DNA of 32,534 nucleotides from Campylobacterota bacterium (GTDB lineage Bacteria; Campylobacterota; Campylobacteria; Campylobacterales; Sulfurimonadaceae): NCBI GenBank assembly GCA_034723735.1, contig JAYEPE010000299.1, positions 1 to 32,534 of the forward strand, read 5' to 3'. Shown piece by piece: positions 31,912 to 32,534 of this stretch (position 1 is its first letter; each line of letters starts with the position of its first letter). The notes under the pieces were generated by a model. It saw only the letters and a program-made list of their open reading frames with translations, ran no database searches and was not told where the DNA came from. The position numbers and the translations under genes were made by a program.

Positions 31912-32311
31912 AGGTGATGTCTTTGTTCTCTTTGGTTCCACCTTCTTTTCTATTAGCACCTAATGAGATAAGGTCAATACCATCTTCTGTCTGTATATAG
32001 ATATATGGAGTTTTCCATGGATCTTTAGGAACAATTCCATTTTCAAAATAAGCTGATGGTGAGTAACCAGGGTAGTCTTCAGGACTAGGGTTTTTAGATA
32101 AGGCATCAAGACCATGTTCTTGATCAGGATATCGCCCATTGTCGAGCCTAAACATATCAAGAGCATTTTTAATACTTTTCATCTGAATACAGACAAGATC
32201 TTGTTTTGCCTCTTCGCTTTTTCCGATAAGGCTAGGCATAACTAATGCCGCCAAGAGTCCTAAGATGATGATAACGATCATCAGTTCCATAAGTGAGAAT
32301 GCTTTTTTCAT
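31889..32311 (-). CDS. gspG: Type II secretion major pseudopilin
   Basis: MKKAFSLMELMIVIIILGLLAALVMP prepilin motif, plus the GspG core ALDMFRLDNGRYPDQEHGLDAL...PKDPWKTPYIY...LISLGANRKEGG. The SD AAAGGA lies upstream. Confidence 0.9.
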   Translation of the reverse strand: MKKAFSLMELMIVIIILGLLAALVMPSLIGKSEEAKQDLVCIQMKSIKNALDMFRLDNGRYPDQEHGLDALSKNPSPEDYPGYSPSAYFENGIVPKDPWKTPYIYIQTEDGIDLISLGANRKEGGTKENKDITYANCIKQ

Positions 32312-32534
32312 AATTGTATTTTTTTCCTTTAAATTTAAAATTACATACCTGGTCGAGGAGGTAAAATAAGGTTACGAGTTGTTTGTTCGTAATTTGCTGG
32401 GCTGCTTGAGTCGATATTTATCTCTTGCTGAATTGTAGGATTTTGCATATCTAATGATAAATGCTGCTGGTATCGATTTCATCGTATTTGTTTTAAGGTT
32501 TTTTATTCGTAATTGAATATCAGTATTGCCTTCA

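Noticed and set aside
211-31963. Short ORFs on the track that lie antisense to, or nested inside, the long genes: 211-429, 1569-1802, 2540-2746, 4741-5073, 7154-7360, 8496-8705, 8973-9224, 10908-11111, 12861-13079, 14957-15160, 15756-15944, 17100-17294, 17419-17634, 17567-17812, 18924-19127, 19540-19737, 22048-22353, 22870-23127, 23382-23612, 24875-25354, 25164-25391, 27484-27708, 29910-30095, 30332-30526, 30345-30551, 31302-31523, 31778-31963, 31960-32166.
   Set aside because: Each overlaps a longer ORF that has clear family motifs. Their translations are low-complexity or hydrophobic, as expected from reading AT-rich coding DNA out of frame. None has an SD-like sequence or a recognisable motif. 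10908-11111 also covers the ffs promoter region, and 17567-17812 spans the terminator hairpins.
32372-32534. An open minus-strand frame from the window edge (EGNTDIQLRIKNLKTNTMKSIPAAFIIRYAKSYNSARDKYRLKQPSKLRTNNS*) that could be the 3' end of the gene upstream of gspG, plus two roughly 35-aa ORFs in the same stretch.
   Set aside because: Only 53 codons are visible, they contain no recognisable motif (for example no secretin or ATPase signature), and the composition is ordinary for AT-rich non-coding DNA. The stretch cannot be called without the upstream sequence.

Overview
AT-rich (about 35-40% GC by eye) bacterial chromosomal segment. The gene content fits Campylobacterota (epsilonproteobacteria): RNase J with a long basic N-terminal extension, ThyX, carboxy(nor)spermidine decarboxylase, a dGTPase-like HD protein and GspG/GspF-type genes. 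The taxon is inference only. I can support about 32 protein genes, one SRP (4.5S) RNA in an apparently empty intergenic gap, one small mobile cassette, and a few hairpins. Layout, left to right: purT 3' end and a 2-hydroxyacid dehydrogenase (+); a DegP-like protease, thioredoxin and AEC permease (-); a REP-associated tyrosine transposase + degenerate Fic cassette bounded by REP-like inverted repeats (-); a tightly coupled operon of DUF4178, DUF4178-TM, a small TM protein, DUF350, a membrane SpeE-like protein and NspC (+); ffs (-); a phosphorylase-like gene, SDR, thyX, ycaO, rsmA and rnj (+); dgt-like (-); a LolA-like protein, an OM barrel and an RND/MMPL exporter (+); two orphan genes, one Rep_O/DnaD-like (-); a PA14 protein, a GT39/PMT-like GT-C, GtrA and a second GT-C (+), convergent with a gspG-pseudopilin-gspF-gtrB operon (-). 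The most striking signal is not a gene. The perfect palindrome TTACATGTAA (often CTTACATGTAAG) occurs 16 times exactly, in 10 unrelated genes on both strands and at 3 intergenic sites. Inside genes it is always in one of the two stop-free frames. This resembles the cyanobacterial HIP1 element, and I know of no description of it for this motif. Two copies, with extended flanks, bracket the RAYT-Fic cassette. Other candidates for undescribed systems are the polyamine-linked DUF4178/DUF350 membrane operon and a periplasmic glycosylation module whose lipid-sugar synthase is co-transcribed with pseudopilin genes. All family assignments come from motifs read by eye in the supplied translations; no searches were run.
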